This document shows positions 63,777-64,000 of a stretch of DNA of 64,000 bases, piece by piece (positions within the stretch are counted from its first letter, which is position 1; the number at the start of each line of letters is the position of its first letter). The notes below the pieces were generated by a model. The model saw only the letters and a list, made by a program, of their open reading frames with translations, was not told the DNA's origin and ran no database searches. The position numbers were made by a program, and so were the translations under genes. Location of the stretch: assembly GCF_004010195.1 (NCBI RefSeq), contig NC_057758.1, positions 5,904,150 to 5,968,149 of the forward strand, in the 5' to 3' direction. Source of the DNA: Chiloscyllium plagiosum. Lineage: Eukaryota.

Positions 63777-64000
63777 AGCATAACTGTGCACATACAAACA
63801 GACATGCACACACACGTACTCATACATAAAGAGACACACACAGACAGACAAATATTGTGTCTCAATATGTTGTCAGGGAAGACGCCGATTCTTTTAATAA
63901 ACTCAAGTGATTTTTTACAAAAGAAAACATGGCTTTGATTTGCACTTTTGATCTACGTCATCGCTTGATGATCAGACAGGCACACAGAAAGGCTTAGATC

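Overview
Repeat-rich vertebrate DNA, inferred to be from a cartilaginous fish (shark) from HE1-type SINEs, the CR1 families and the Ig cluster layout. It has four assembly gaps. The only intact gene is one unrearranged immunoglobulin kappa-type (type III/NS4-like) light-chain cluster on the + strand: variant octamer and TATA promoter, leader exon 22091-22139, V exon 22326-22624 with a consensus 12-RSS, one J 23177-23211 with a consensus 23-RSS, and C exon 29786-30114. About 3.5-4.5 kb downstream of C, on the - strand, are two decayed exons resembling the RABGAP1L C-terminal coiled coil. The rest is mobile DNA: nested CR1 LINEs, an L2-group LINE, tRNA-derived SINEs, a Gmr1-like Gypsy remnant, minisatellites and an old segmental duplication. 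There are also many short Penelope-derived insertions carrying minimal hammerhead-ribozyme cores (CTGANGA...GAAACGTC), several folded back as long hairpins and flanked by 10-14 bp target-site duplications. Family names come from recognising motifs by eye, with no database search, and repeat boundaries are approximate.
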